Source of the DNA: Macrostomum hystrix
Lineage: Eukaryota; Animalia; Platyhelminthes
Length of the DNA stretch: 64,000 nt
Assembly: GCA_950097015.1 (NCBI GenBank)
Contig: CATNEN010000014.1
Span: forward strand, 992,001-1,056,000
Direction of reading: 5' to 3'
Shown: one piece after another, positions 25,001 through 38,316 of the stretch
How the letters are laid out: every line of letters starts with the position of its first letter
Position numbering within the stretch: position 1 is the first letter of the stretch
Position numbers and translations under genes: made by a program
The notes under the pieces: model-generated
Told to the model about the DNA's origin: nothing
What the model saw: the letters and a program-made list of their open reading frames with translations, nothing else
The model's database searches: none

Positions 25001-28000
25001 TTGAAAGACAGTGGCTGCCGCATTGGCTGGGTGGGGGAGGGCGCAGGCGCCGCCGCTGCAGCCGCCGCTGCAGCCGCCGTCAACGCGGCAAGTGCCATCG
25101 CTTTTTAAGGCGCCACGCGGGATTGGGGCGGAGGGGAAGCCGAAGCAATGGGAGGGGAAGATAGATCAGGAGGCAAAGGCAAACAGATTGTCATGCCGCG
25201 GCCACAGGAGCGCGGAGTTGTCAAGCGAAAGCGCTAATCGAACCTGATAAGTGGCGGCCGGCGGGGAATGGCGGGACCGGCGCCAAGGAGGCCCGGTCCG
25301 GAATTGATGGCCACCCTCGAATTCGCCCAGCCAGCTGCCGCAGCGGCAGTGGCGGGGCCCTGCCGGTGTGTTTGTGTTGCACAAGCTGACGTCTCTATCT
25401 TCCTCTTTCTCTCCCCTGACTCGCTTTCAACACGCGGGCCGGGGAGTCAAGTTTGGCCAGCTGCAGGGCATTTCTTCGGCAACTGTCATTTTCCTACACG
25501 CCGCTGGGCCTGCTGCGGCGGAGGCCTTCGAGTTAAACTGCCCCCCCCTGTTCCCTCCTGAGCCAGCATAGCGTGATCTACTCCGCCCAGCTCACGGGCC
25601 ACTTATCCCAACTTTCGCTATCTGCTTGCGAATCCCGGCAGCTGCCCCATCAGGCACCTGAGCAACTGAGCATTGCCTAGCTGAAAAGGTGGAGTTTCAG
25701 TAGAGCACACAAGGGCCCGGCGGCTAGACAAAGAGCAGCCGTTCTCATCTCTCTGCCCCCCCGGCCCATTAAAGCATATCAATTGCCCGCAGCAGCAGCA
25801 GCAGCAGCAGTGGCATGGGAAGCCAGGGATGTGAGGGAGCAGTCACGCCATGCCCCGTCATTGATTATCCTCAGATCGCTTCCGCAGCTTTTTTGTCTCG
25901 GCGATGTTGCACTGGCGTGTGTCTCATGCAATGTTTTTTTGCTCACTTTAAGTGAAATTGATCGCAGATTGCTGCAGCGGGAATGAGGCTGGGGGTTGGC
26001 TGCGGCCCGCTGCATTCTCTGCCGTCCGGGGCGGGCAGTTTCGGCCCACATCCGTGATTGGAGTCAGTTTTCAATGGTCATTGTGCGGAGTGAAAGGCCA
26101 CAGCAGATTAAGTCGCAATCAGGTAGATTATCAGGTAGAACGGCGCCACTCACATTAAAAGATGCATTAATTTATCCCACAACCCAGTCTCCACCCTCAG
26201 GGTACAGGACTGCCTTTTAGAAGGAGGGTCATTGTCCACACGGCGGTCATTGTCGAGAGGGGTGTGTGACGCAACTAGCTCGAGAATCTGTGTTTAGGGT
26301 CAAACAGACGTGCTCAACTTGAGTCTTCTGAAAGCTTTCCGCCAAATAGCCTTCTCTGTTTCACTGCCGGCAAAACACATGGCAACTGAGCGGAGCATTG
26401 GGGTGGGGTCCTAGCTCGTGAGTGGAAGAGAAACCAAACAGCGCTTTTCAAAAGCCTTTTGCCCGAGTCAAGTACCGAAGGCGGCACCTGGCAGGCAAGA
26501 CACGCCAGACCCCCCCCCGCTGTCACAGCTCGTGCCCTCTGAGCTTGCTCAAAACTTGGCATCTGCCGGTGTTTGTGTAAAATCAACTGAAAGCTTTGGC
26601 GGAGCGGCCCAGACAGTTTTGTTTAGTCAGCCTTGAGAGTCGCCGGCCTGTCTCTAACCCCCCCTGCTCATGTCATCCATCATTCGTGCTCAAGGCGCCA
26701 CGGCCGGTGTCGTGTTTGCGCTGCTCGGGACGGCCGCTGAAGCAATCTTTTTTTATGAACCAGCAAATGCTTTCTGTTGTCAGTTTTCTTTTTTTTACTG
26801 ATCTTCTCAGTGTTTGACTGACTTTCAACTCTGCTAACTGCCCTCCCCCATTACAGACGGATGTTCCCGCCCTTCAAGGTGAAGGTGGCCGGCCTCGATA
26901 AGCGGGCCAAGTACATCATGCTGATGGACATTGTGCCGGTTGATGACTGCAGGTGAGGCGAAGATATTGGTCAGAGGGATATTGGTCAGAGGGATATTGG
27001 TCAGAGGGATATTGGTCAGAGGGATATTGGTCAGAGGGATATTGGTCAGAGGGATATTGGTCAGAGGGATATTGGTCAGAGGGATATTGGTCAGAGGGAT
27101 ATTGGTCAGAGGGATATTGGTCAGAGGGATATTGGTCAGAGGGATATTGGTCAGAGGGATATTGGTCAGAGGGATATTGGTCAGAGGGATATTGGTCAGA
27201 GGGATATTGGTCAGAGGGATATTGGTCAGAGGGATATTGGTCAGAGGGATATTGGTCAGAGGGATATTGGTCAGAGGGATATTGGTCAGAGGGATATTGG
27301 TCAGAGGGATATTGGTCAGAGGGATATTGGTCAGAGGGATATTGGTCAGAGGGATATTGGTCAGAGGGATATTGGTCAGAGGGATATTGGTCAGAGGGAT
27401 ATTGGTCAGAGGGATATTGGTCAGAGGGATATTGGTCAGAGGGATATTGGTCAGAGGGATATTGGTCAGAGGGATATTGGTCAGAGGGATATTGGTCAGA
27501 GGGATATTGGTCAGAGGGATATTGGTCAGAGGGATATTGGTCAGAGGGATATTGGTCAGAGGGATATTGGTCAGAGGGATATTGGTCAGAGGGATATTGG
27601 TCAGAGGGATATTGGTCAGAGGGATATTGGTCAGAGGGATATTGGTCAGAGGGAGTGACCCAGTTGGCTGACCCAATCAATACCCGCAGGTACAAGTTCC
27701 ACAACTCCAGGTGGATTGTGGCGGGCAAGGCGGACCCGGAGATGCCGAAGCGGATTTACATCCATCCCGACAGTCCCAGCACAGGCGAGCAGTGGATGCA
27801 GAAGATTGTCAGCTTCCACAAGCTCAAGCTCACGAACAACATCTCGGACAAGCATGGCTTCGTGAGTTACCTGCAGTTTAATTGCTCTCCGGGTCCTTAA
27901 GCGGGGGCATGATCTGGAAATATTTGCGCTAGAAATCGCTGAGCAGCAGGCGGGGAAAGAGACAGCGGAGGCGGGGGTTGGCCGAGGGCAAACAAGACAG

Positions 28001-31000
28001 ACAGGCAGCAGCAGCAGCAGCAGCAGCAGAACTGTCCGCCTCATACACCTGAACTGTTGTTGGCAAACAGGCCACGGGAGGCGGGCGGAAAGGGAGTTCG
28101 GGCGGCGCCGGAAAGTCTTCAGTCGTGTGGGATCATAGAGTCAGGAGCGATGTCGGGACTGTCGGGGCTGTCTGGGCTGTCAGGGTCGGGGGGTGGTGGG
28201 GCGGTGCAGTTTCTGGCGCCCCTGGCACACAATGCGAAACACATTTCTGGCCGAGTCATAGCTCATATTTATAACATTGCACAAAAGGCCAGCCTCGGGC
28301 TTGTTCTTTTGTTTAAATTCCTGTCAAAAAAGCAGCGAGCACTGGGCGCAGCCGGAGCGACACGCGCCCACCCCCAGTGTTTGCTCAATCTCGGGTTTCG
28401 GCACAGCCGATCTCCAGTCTCAATCTCTGCAGCCGCGCTACAAGCCCCCAGCGATTGGCTGCCATCAGCGAAGGCGGCGCTGGCAGCGCAGGATGCGGGG
28501 AAACCAGCTGGCAAACACTCCGGGTTCATTTTCGTTTCCCTCCGATATAAAGTCTAGATAAGCTGACAGAAATCCCAATGGGATAAATTCCCTCAGTATC
28601 GGTTGGAGCTGTGCCCGTCCCAGTTCCCAGCCCGGGAATAGATGGGGTTGGGCAGCTGAAACTCACTCTGAAAGCTGATGAAAGACGGGATTTGAGGTTG
28701 AGGAAGCCAGCGGGGGGTTGAAAAGAGGTAGAAAAGGCGATCGCTTTTCAGCCTTCCGAGTTTCCGAACTACCCTCACGGCGAGACGGCGACAGAAAAAA
28801 AGATATTTTTCGTCACAGAGAGGCCCGCAGAGGCGATGAGTTGCGGCGGCCTGGACTCTTCAGCCAAATTACAGGCGTGTTTTTTGGCAAAGGCGACGCG
28901 GCGAGGCGGCGAGGCGGCGCAGGGAGGATCAAAGGGGAGCCGCAGCCCGACAATTTGCTCCCCGGGGCCGTCCTCACATTCCCTCGCCTCCGCGCCGCCC
29001 TTTGCACCGCCGCCTCCGTTAATGGGGTGCAAGCCGGCGCCGCTTGCCACGCCGCCGCTGTCGCAGATGCCTTACCTATTCGCGGACTGCTCCATCATTT
29101 GCTCCCTAATCAGCTGAGACAGGACTCCGCAATCGGGGGTCTGGGAATGCATCATCAGCGTTGAAATGAGAGCGAGGCAGTGACAAAGGCCCGCAGCTGC
29201 AGGTAGAAAAACGGCCCCTGCGTCCTGCGAGTTAAACAGCGGAGATCTGTTATCTCGGTGTGACTTTCCATTGCGGGCCGGTGTAAGCAGTCCGTGTCAG
29301 CTTGTCGCCTCGAATTTCCAATGCAACCTCGCCATCGCCCAAGACAATCAGGAGGAGATATCTGGAGCTGATAGACCGCCGGGTTGGACGGCAGTTTCAC
29401 TCAGTAAAAACGTTTGCAGGGCCGGCCAGGAATTCATCGGGCTGATTGCTTCGGAAAGGTGGCGGGACGCTGCGAAATCAAATCAACTGAATTCTGTTTG
29501 TCAGGGATTTAATCAAGAAACTGCTGCGGCCGGCGCTGGTTTGATCGATGGCGCATTGTGCGCGTCCGAGCTGGGTTTGGAGCCAGATACAGATGCACCG
29601 TGTCCAACTCCCGAAATCACAAATCCCATAATCCGAAATCCCAAATCCGAAATCCCATATGCCAAGATCCGATATCCCATATGCCAAGATCCGATATCCC
29701 ATATGCCAAGATCCGATATCCCATATGCCAAGATCCGATATCCCACATGCCAAGATCCGAAATCCCCACATGCCAAGATCCGAAATCCCCACATGCCAAG
29801 ATCCGAAATCCCACATGCCAAGATCCGAAATCCCCACATGCCAAGATCCGAAATCCCCACATGCCAAGATCCGAAATCCCATATGCCAAGATCCGAAATC
29901 CCCACATGCCAAGATCCGAAATCCCCACATGCCAAGATCCGAAATCCCCACATGCCAAGATCCGAAATCCCACATGCCAAGATCCGAAATCCCACATTCC
30001 CGAATGAGGAAAATCTCTAAAAGTTCAAAAGACAGAATTAATTTTTTACTAAACCTTCTCTCCCACCCGAGTAGTCGCTCAGACTGATTATGCAACTCGA
30101 GATCCCCACAATGCGCCTTCGCTCCCCTCCTCGGCGAGAACTGAAGGCGAGATGAAGATGAGGCGGCGACAAAAGAAGGCCTTAATTCTGAGGATATTAA
30201 TACTCCGGGAGCGCCGGGGGAGGGCGCCCAGTTGTGAAAAAGCTGCCTCCCTTCAGTCGGGATAATTCCGTGACAAGTCATGAAATTCCGCAGCCCGCTT
30301 TGCCCCGGCGCCATCGTCTCATTTCTTGACACAAAAATTGAGCCATCTCGTGCGGCGCCCGCTGATTACAGCAATGAGCTAATGAGAAGCCGTGAGAACA
30401 TACGGCGGTGGGAGGGGCCGCCGCGCCTCAGCCGCTAGTTTTCTCTCCTCTCTCCGGATTTTTCCTTTGTGCCGAAGGCTCGGGGGAAGCCTCAAGGCCG
30501 AGGGCGTCGAAATTAAGGCGACGGCGCAGAGCGGCTTCAGCAGGCTTCCCTCGGCAGGTGGGACTTCGCTGTCAAATCTCTCGTCTCCCCGCTCTGGCGC
30601 TGCTCGCACTTCTCTTGTGCCCTACTCAACTCCCTCAGTTAATTCTCTGAGCACATCTCACATTCTCTCTGAGCACATCTCACAATCTCTCTGAGCACAT
30701 CTCACTATCTCTCTGAGCACATCTCACATTCTCTCTGAGCACATCTCACAATCTCTCTGAGCACATCTCACAATCTCTCTGAGCACATCTCACAATCTCT
30801 CTGAGCACATCTCACAATCTCTCTGAGCACATCTCACTATCTCTCTGAGCACATCTCACTATCTCTCTGAGCACGTCTCACCCCTGTCAACACATCCCTG
30901 TCTCGCCCGAATCCCTCCAGGAGCCAGAGCCAGGCCGAGCAGTGCGTGAGAGTCGGGCCTCTCGGCGCACTGCCAAGTAGCGCCCGCTGGCCTTGTAATC

Positions 31001-34000
31001 AAAAGCGGCCTTCCGAAGGCGAATCATTTCCACACAGTCGGCTGGTCATTGGCGAGGCCTGCGTGCCGCCGGCTGAAGAAATTTTCAAATCTGGGCGGAG
31101 ACGCCTTTGTCCGCGCCCTACCTGCCAGATTTTCTCATTTCACTTCAATTATGCTCGCCTCGCTTTGTTATCCCAACTGTGTGTGGGAAGCGAGCATCGG
31201 TGGGCTGGCCCTTCGAAGCATGCGATCGTGTTGGGAATGAGAGCGACATAGGGACAGATCCCGTATACTTCACTGCGCCCAGTGATACTGAATAATTAAC
31301 ATATTCCTTTCTCACGGCTGTCCTTTGATCACGGCTGCCTCTTTGAAAGCGTCGACAATTATCATTTTCAAACCAGCAATTTCTCAACTTGGATTCGGAT
31401 CAATATGCCTTAATTGAGTTACGAAAATAGGAATTGGGATCAGGGTTTGGGATCTGGGATTGGGATCTGGGACTGAGATTTGGGAATGGGATCAGGGATT
31501 GGGATCAGGGATTGGGATCAGGGATTGGGATCAGGGATTGGGATCAGGGATTGGGATCAGGGATTGGGATCAGGGATTGGGATCTGGGATTGGGATATGG
31601 GATTGGGATCAGAGATTGGGATATGGGATTGGGATCAGGGATTGGGGTGGGGGATCGGGATTTGGGATCGGGAACGTGCTAAGCAGCGTTCCTCTGATGT
31701 CCAGATATCTCCCGCTCCGCAGACCATCCTGAACTCCATGCACAAGTATCAGCCGCGCTTTCACCTGGTGCGGGCGGCCGACATCATGAAGCTGCCATTC
31801 TCAACCTTCCGCACTTTCGTGTTCAACGAGACCGCCTTTATCGCGGTGACAGCCTACCAGAATGAGAAAATCACGCAGCTGAAAATCGACCACAACCCGT
31901 TCGCCAAGGGCTTCCGCGACACCGGCGGCGGTCGCAGCTCAAAGAAAATGTAAGAATAGGCCCCGATTAGGAAAGGCAAATCGGCCTAGATTTAGCAAAT
32001 CCGCCCCCGCTGTAGCAAATCCACCCCAGCTGTAGCAAATCCGCCCCCGCTGTAGCAAATCCGCCCCAGCTGTAGCAAATCCGCCCCAGCTGTAGCAAAT
32101 CCACCCCAGCTGTAGCAAATCCGCCCCCGCTGTAGCAAATCCACCCCAGCTGTAGCAAATCCGCCCCCGCTGTAGCAAATCCGCCCCCGCTGTAGCAAAT
32201 CCGCCCCCGCTGTAGCAAATCCGCCCCAGCTGTAGCAAATCCACCCCAGCTGTAGCAAATCCACCCCAGCTGTAGCAAATCCGCCCCCGCTGTAGCAAAT
32301 CCACCCCAGCTGTAGCAAATCCGCCCCAGCTGTAGCAAATCCGCCCCAGCTGTAGCAAATCCCAGCTGTAGCAAATCCGCCCCCGCTGTAGCAAATCCCA
32401 GCTGTAGCAAATCCGCCCCCGCTGTAGCAAATCCGCCCCAGCTGTAGCAAATCCGCCCCAACTGTAGCAAATCCGCCCCAGCTGTTGCAAATCCGCCCCA
32501 GCTGTTGCAAATCCGCCCCAACTGTAGCAAATCCCAGCTGTAGCAAATCCGCCCCCGCTGTAGCAAATCCCAGCTGTAGCAAATCCACCCCAGCTGTAGC
32601 AAATCCGCCCCAGCTGTTGCAAATCCGCCCCAGCTGTTGCAAATCCGCCCCAGCTGTAGCAAATCCCAGCTGTAGCAAATCCGCCCCCGCTGTAGCAAAT
32701 CCCAGCTGTAGCAAATCCGCCCCAGCTGTAGCAAATCCGCCCCCGCTGTAGCAAATCCCAGCTGTAGCAAATCCGCCCCAGCTGTAGCAAATCCGCCCCA
32801 GCTGTAGCAAATCCACCCCAGCTGTAGCAAATCCGCCCCAGCTGTAGCAAATCCGCCCATTTCTCCGAATGTACCGCAGTAAAATGTCCGAGAGCGGCTC
32901 GCAGCACCTTCTCTCTGACGGACGTCCGCGGCCCCGCGGCCTAATCGCACCTGGCACAGCCGGCGCTGCCGACGACTCCGATGAAGACGACGACGATGAT
33001 GTTGCCGCTGCCGCCGCAGCCAGTTTCGACGCCGAAGATGATTTACGTGGCGATGTTGGCGGCCTGGCAAGTCATTTTCGGCGAGGCTTCTCGGCCAGCC
33101 ACCTCATCCCCAGCTTGCTGGCGGCTGGCTTAAGCGGCCACCACCTGCACCCTCACCACCAGCACGCCCTCATGCAGCAGCAGCACCAGCAGTTCCAGCT
33201 GCAGCACCAGCTCCAGCTGCAGCACCAGCTCCAGCTGCAGCACCAGCAGCTGCTGCTGGCCGCGGAGAGGCAGGAGCGGCGGAAACGACGCGATTCTTCG
33301 GGAGAGCGGCCGGACGCCACCTCGGGCAGCAATGGCGGAGCAGAGGTCGTCGGCAGCAGCAGCGGTGCTGGAGGTGAGAGCTCAGAAACTCACTTTGCGT
33401 ATCTCCTGGAATGCCGGGTTCCGTAATCTTAGTTTAGAACAAAATTTGTCCACTGAGTGTTAAAATAACTCGCGATTTTTCCCGCAGCCGCTCCAGCCAA
33501 GGACGCCTCCTCGCGGCACGCCAGAGACGGCCAGGTGAGCGGAAAGTCGCCTTCTAGAAGCGGAAACGGCAGCAGCGGCGGCCCGCCACCCAATGTGACT
33601 GTGCTCAACGCGCACAGCTTCCTTCATCAGCCCTGGCTCCACTCAGCTGCGACCAAAGGAGAGCAGCAGCAGCAGCAACAGCAGCATCATCTTCGCGCTG
33701 CCGCAGCCGCAGCTGCCGCCGCAGCCGCGGCAGCCGCCTTCAAGCCGCCCTTCTTTGGCTTCCCGCCTCCGCCTGGTGGATTCCCCGCGGGTGGATTTCC
33801 CGGAGCCGGATTCCCGGCCGGATTTCCCGGGGGATTCCCAGCTGGAGCGGGTTTTCCGTCGCCGCCAAGTGTCGGATTTCCTTCGACACTTGGACCGGCG
33901 AAGCACCAGCACAGTCACCACCGATTCTCGCCGTACGCAGGCGGCAGGAAGTCGCCCTCGCCGGGAGCCGCCGCCGCCGCCGCAGCAGCAGCTGCAGCTG

Positions 34001-34242
34001 CCGCAGCAGCCGCTGCATCGTTGGCCGCGTCGTCAAAGTTGCCAGCAGCGCCTCACGCATCACTGTCTGTGACAGCCAGTCCAGCAAAGGGCGACTTTTC
34101 GAAGATCCACACGCTGATTGGCCACCCCAGCCTGCCGGGCCCCGCGACTTCGCCGGCGAGGTCCACGACTCCTAGGCCTGCGGAGTCCGCCACGGCGACT
34201 GGGCAATCAGGAGCGGACGATGACACTCGCTCTTCCGTGTGA
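22078..34242 (+). CDS. tbx2/3: T-box transcription factor, Tbx2/3 (optomotor-blind) subfamily, 6 coding exons, 740 aa
   Basis: Exons 22078-22556, 26857-26952, 27690-27861, 31723-31949, 32880-33373 and 33488-34242 (2223 nt; all GT-AG; phases 2,2,0,2,1 are consistent). T-box: [116 protein letters not shown], diagnostic of TBX2/3. MSFNPF resembles the AYHPF motif and HRFSPY resembles RLRFSPY of vertebrate TBX2/3. Confidence 0.95.
26963..27652. repeat. Perfect 15-bp minisatellite GATATTGGTCAGAGG x46 filling Tbx2/3 intron 2
   Basis: 690 bp = 46 x 15; occupies 690 of the 737 intron bases (26953-27689). Confidence 0.98.
29625..30000. repeat. Minisatellite, 22/23-bp unit CATGCCAAGATCCGAAATCCCCA (Tbx2/3 intron 3)
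   Basis: Directly visible. Confidence 0.93.
30648..30880. repeat. Minisatellite, 22-bp unit TCTCTGAGCACATCTCACAATC (Tbx2/3 intron 3)
   Basis: Directly visible, about 10 copies. Confidence 0.93.
31430..31672. repeat. GGGATCAGGGATT 13-bp (6/7-bp subunit) array just before the Tbx2/3 exon 4 acceptor
   Basis: Directly visible. Confidence 0.9.
31988..32858. repeat. Minisatellite, 20-bp unit GCTGTAGCAAATCCGCCCCA with a 16-bp deletion variant, filling Tbx2/3 intron 4
   Basis: Directly visible; intron 31950-32879. Confidence 0.96.
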
Positions 34243-36404
34243 CGCGGCTCATGACATCCCAGTCCATTATCGCCTGTCCTTTAGCAGTGCAGTCAGAAAG
34301 CTATCGATGTTGCAAGAAAATATTTCATTCCCAATGAAAGTACAAATTCACCTCAGAACCCCTGACCATTGTTTCAGTTTAGCTTAGAGAACGCAGCCTG
34401 CATCTGTTGCGCACTGCTGCCAGAAGTTTTCTGTCGTGTAAATAATATACATCTCTGTGTCTCTCTACTTGTTACTTCAGCGTATGCGTGCTTGTGTCAT
34501 TTCTGCTCCCTGTAATTCTTTTTGGACTGAGGCCTATTCAGACAGCCAGTCCGTTATTAAGAGACAAAACTCTGTGATTCTGCTGTTGATTACTTGACCA
34601 CGCGTTTCAGTTCCCCCTCCCGACGCTCCGCACCCCCACGTGTGTACATCGGGCAAGCCAGCGCCTCTGCCCCTTATGTACATTTCTATTTTTAGCCCGC
34701 AGGAGATCCTCCTCCGGCTAGGTGGGTGTACACTCCCTAGATGTACATGGTCACAACTTTATAGCGCTATCTTTCTAGAGTCCCTAACCGTTGAGATGTG
34801 TGAAATCTCTGGTCGACGCATTGCTGAGCGGGAAAACTTAATCATATTTTGTTAATCTCTAGAAATAATCGTATGCTTGTTAATTTGCTAGTCATTTTAC
34901 AGACAGAATTCGCTGGTTCCCTAATTGTAATAGAACCTGCGCGAATAGCCGCATTCCACCGGCCAGTCTTTGTTACCCTCAGCTCTTGGTTGCTGGACCG
35001 TCTCTTGGCAAGGGAGCCTTCCCCACCATATTTCCCATGCGATTGTGTCTTTAATTGTAAATTTAAATTACATATTGTATGCCTGAATTAGACAATACAC
35101 ACACAAAATATATGCTTTGCGTGGTAGCTCTAGCTCTGTAAAACATGCTACACATTTCATTGCTTTTTCATCGCAAACCTACCTTCGCTGTTACACCTTC
35201 TTGTCCTTTTCTAATCGTAGGGGATAGACATGCAAAGATGCAAGACACCTGCACTGCTGTCCTGATATGATCAAGTCCAGGCACACTTGCAAACTTGAGA
35301 CGCAGCAGTCGATTATTTGATCACGAAACAAGAACTCAAACAAATCACGGATGTTTTGCAAACAGTTGTGGCTTCAGTTTTCAGAGCTAGCAGAACTGCG
35401 GGCGGCCTCACCGGGTGACAGGTGGCACCTCCGCCACTTGCTGCCGCCGCCGCTGCCGCCAGCACCGGCGCCATCAGTTCTGCACGCATCCCATGTCACA
35501 TGGCCATATCCCTAACTAGCAAGTTGAGTAGGCTCTGTTTACTCAAGCCGCTCACCCAGCCTTAGTCTAAAAGCACTTAGCCCTTAAAAATAGTTTTTTT
35601 ACAAGCGCTGTCTCCACCCTTGTAAGCCGCGAGTCCCTTGTTGACTCGCAGCGAAAATAGACCGGGATCGCATGGGAAACTGAGGCGGGGATAAGTGAAC
35701 GAGATGGGTGATGCCTTCGGTGAATCAACAGCTGGCCAGTGATTTCTTGAGTCCCAAGCCCTCACTGTGCTCAAGCTATGCTCAGCGAAGCATGTGTCCA
35801 CCCCGCCACCCCAAAATTGTCCCCAATGTCACGCCAGGCTCTCATGCGAAACGGTGGTTAACACGCCTCAGCATTATCCCCCCCCCTAAGCCTGCAAAGG
35901 GATATTCTTCCCATCTTCCCAGACTCCCGCTGGCCTCTCGTGTTTGCCAGCCATTTCGGGGCCGCGCCCTCCCTGCCCGCAGTGTTTCTGTTTGATGTCC
36001 TGTTCTCGCAAGCGTTTGTCGCCCGCAGCCACTCGAACTGCCTCCAGGCATTTTTTGTGCTCAAAGTCCCATTCGAGCTGGCTTTGGTGAAAAACCCGGA
36101 TAGAAATTTGCAATTCGATTCGCTAAATGAGCCGCTCCGTTAGGAATTTGATTTTATTTTTTTTCATTGGAATGAAACGAGACGCGATAAGTCAAAATGC
36201 GCTGGGATTATATAGGCCAGAAAATTAATAAATCCCACAAACCGTCCCAAAAGAGACAAAAGTCTTCATTTGGTCTCGTCAGAGTGAGAGAGCGACGCAG
36301 CGGGCAGCCGCTCTTTGAGGCCGCGCCAGATCCCGCCGTCGTCCGGTAGACTGCTTTAGGGCGACTGCTGGGCGAGATCAGAGGGACTCCGGGGGAGAGG
36401 GAGA

Positions 36405-36500
36405 GTGAGAGGATAAGAGAAGTAGAGTGAGAGAATGAGAGAAGTAGAGTGAGAGAATGAGAGAAGTAGAGTGAGAGAATGAGAGAAGTAGAGTGAGAAG
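36405..36500. repeat. Short 20-bp GA-rich tandem repeat (GAGAATGAGAGAAGTAGAGT)
   Basis: About 4-5 copies visible. Confidence 0.85.
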
Positions 36501-37284
36501 AGCAACAGGTCTGAGAGTACAGAGGACTCAGTCCAGGGACGGTCGCTGGAGTAAATTTCAGGGCCTCATTGAATTCGGCCAGTTCATTCAGCTGACGGTC
36601 AGTCATCTCAGGCCTATCAGCCTTCTCCGGCTGCTCGCTTTTCCCGAAGTCATAAAAAATGTTTCTTCCACGCAGAGCCTGCCGATCCGTCCTGTCCGGT
36701 TTTCACGCGGCTGCAGGCGGCGCGAAAATTTACAACTGGCTCGGGGCGCCGCAGAGGCATCTCAAGGAGCTTCTCAGAGCCGGCCCAGGGCTGTCATAGT
36801 TTATCTGCTGCCGGCCAGAGTCTCCAGGGGGGATGTCGGCTGTCAGGGGCCGCCATTTAACAGCCTCCCCTCTGCGGGCACTGCTCACAGCGGCTGAGCA
36901 GGACTGCTCAGGCAGATTAGCGCCCCGGCTAATGGAAAACTCGGATTCGGCTCTTCTCCTAAAGGGGTCGAACTCGCGGGCACAAGCGGTTGAAGTCGTT
37001 GAAATTGGTCTAAATCTTCACCAGGCCAAGCAATGTGCCCGTGGATAACTGCCAGGCTTTTTTATTCCGTTATCGACTTGACAAAGACAAACTTCTGGCT
37101 GGCATTTGCCACATCCCCGCCAGCTCGCTTGATGTTTATTCCCAGAGGGGAAGATTGCGGTGGAATTATCCTAGCTGGAGGGGTTGTCAAACGGAGGAGC
37201 GGAGGGGGTGGACGGATCGGCTCGCAGAAAGTTGACTTTTTTGTTGCAGAGAAACACACTGCGCTGCTGATTCCAGGAGTGACA

Positions 37285-37315
<31 letters not shown>

Positions 37316-37845
37316 GGTGGTGGCGGCGGCGGCAGCGGGCGTGGAATGTGTTTCCATTGAATTTGAAAGGCCAGCCGCGCCAGTCAAGTTGTCGCCTGAG
37401 CAATTAGCCAGCCAGCCGGGGTCGAAGCCACTGGGGTGGTGGGTGGAGAGTTGTCGAATATTGTCTTCACCTCGCGGTTCCAAGGAGTCGCTCCGTGGCG
37501 CCATCGGCTCCCCAGCCAGGGGGCGGGGCATGCTGCGGTGTGTCACCGATAATGCGTTTGTTATTCTAAGGCGTGTAAAATTTGGGGTGGGCGGCTCATT
37601 CGGAAATCCATCGGCTTCCTTTTACATTCGATGGCAATGGGTCGAAGAGGCGGGGCGCCCCATAAACAGGCAGGGGAGGTCCGGAGGGCAGTAAAGACCG
37701 ATTCAAAGCTGACAGTCCGCTGGCCGGGCTGGGCACCGTTGGATTTTTGATTGCTGTCAGTTGCCGGGCAGATCAGGTAGGAAGAAATTGTTTCACTTTG
37801 CTGGTAGACAAGGCGGGTCAACTGTGGGCCTTCAGATTTACTGCA

Positions 37846-38316
37846 GAATGGAATAGAATGGAATAGAACGGAAAAGAATGGAATAGAATGGAATAGAATG
37901 GGATAGAATGGAATAGAACGGAATATAATGGAATAGAATGGAATAGAATGGGATAGAAAGGAATAGAATGGAATAGAATGGAATGGAATGGAATGGAATA
38001 GAATGGAATAGAATAGAATGGAATAGAGTGGAATGGAATAGAATGGAATAGAATGGAATAGAATGGAATGGAATAGAATGGAATAGAATGGAATAGAATG
38101 GAATAGAATGGAATAGAATGGAATAGAATGGAATAGAATGGAATAGAATGGAATAGAATGGAATAGAATGGAATAGAATGGAATAGAATGGAATAGAATG
38201 GAATAGAATGGAATAGAATGGAAAAGAATGGGATAGAATGGAATAGAATGGAATAGAATTGAATAGAATGGAATAGAATGGAATGGAATAGAATGGAATA
38301 GAATGGAATGGAATGT
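37846..38316. repeat. (GGAATAGAAT)n / (GGAAT)n pentamer-based satellite
   Basis: Directly visible. Confidence 0.96.

Noticed and set aside
24887-25986. Poly-Ala ORFs inside Tbx2/3 intron 1 as alternative exons
   Set aside because: GCN-rich tracts are common in non-coding DNA here (also 35440, 37285); I found no phase-compatible splice sites or homology.
26834-27900. Long ORFs in several frames (TNIPL, SDQYP, ILVRG, SEGYW repeats)
   Set aside because: Translations of the stop-free 15-bp array in Tbx2/3 intron 2; only 27690-27861 is real exon.
31939-33070. 320-370-aa minus-strand ORFs (GGFATAG...)
   Set aside because: Antisense translations of the intron 4 minisatellite and exon 5.
37846-38316. 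Telomeric or centromeric satellite
   Set aside because: Not TTAGGG; under 0.5 kb and embedded between genes.
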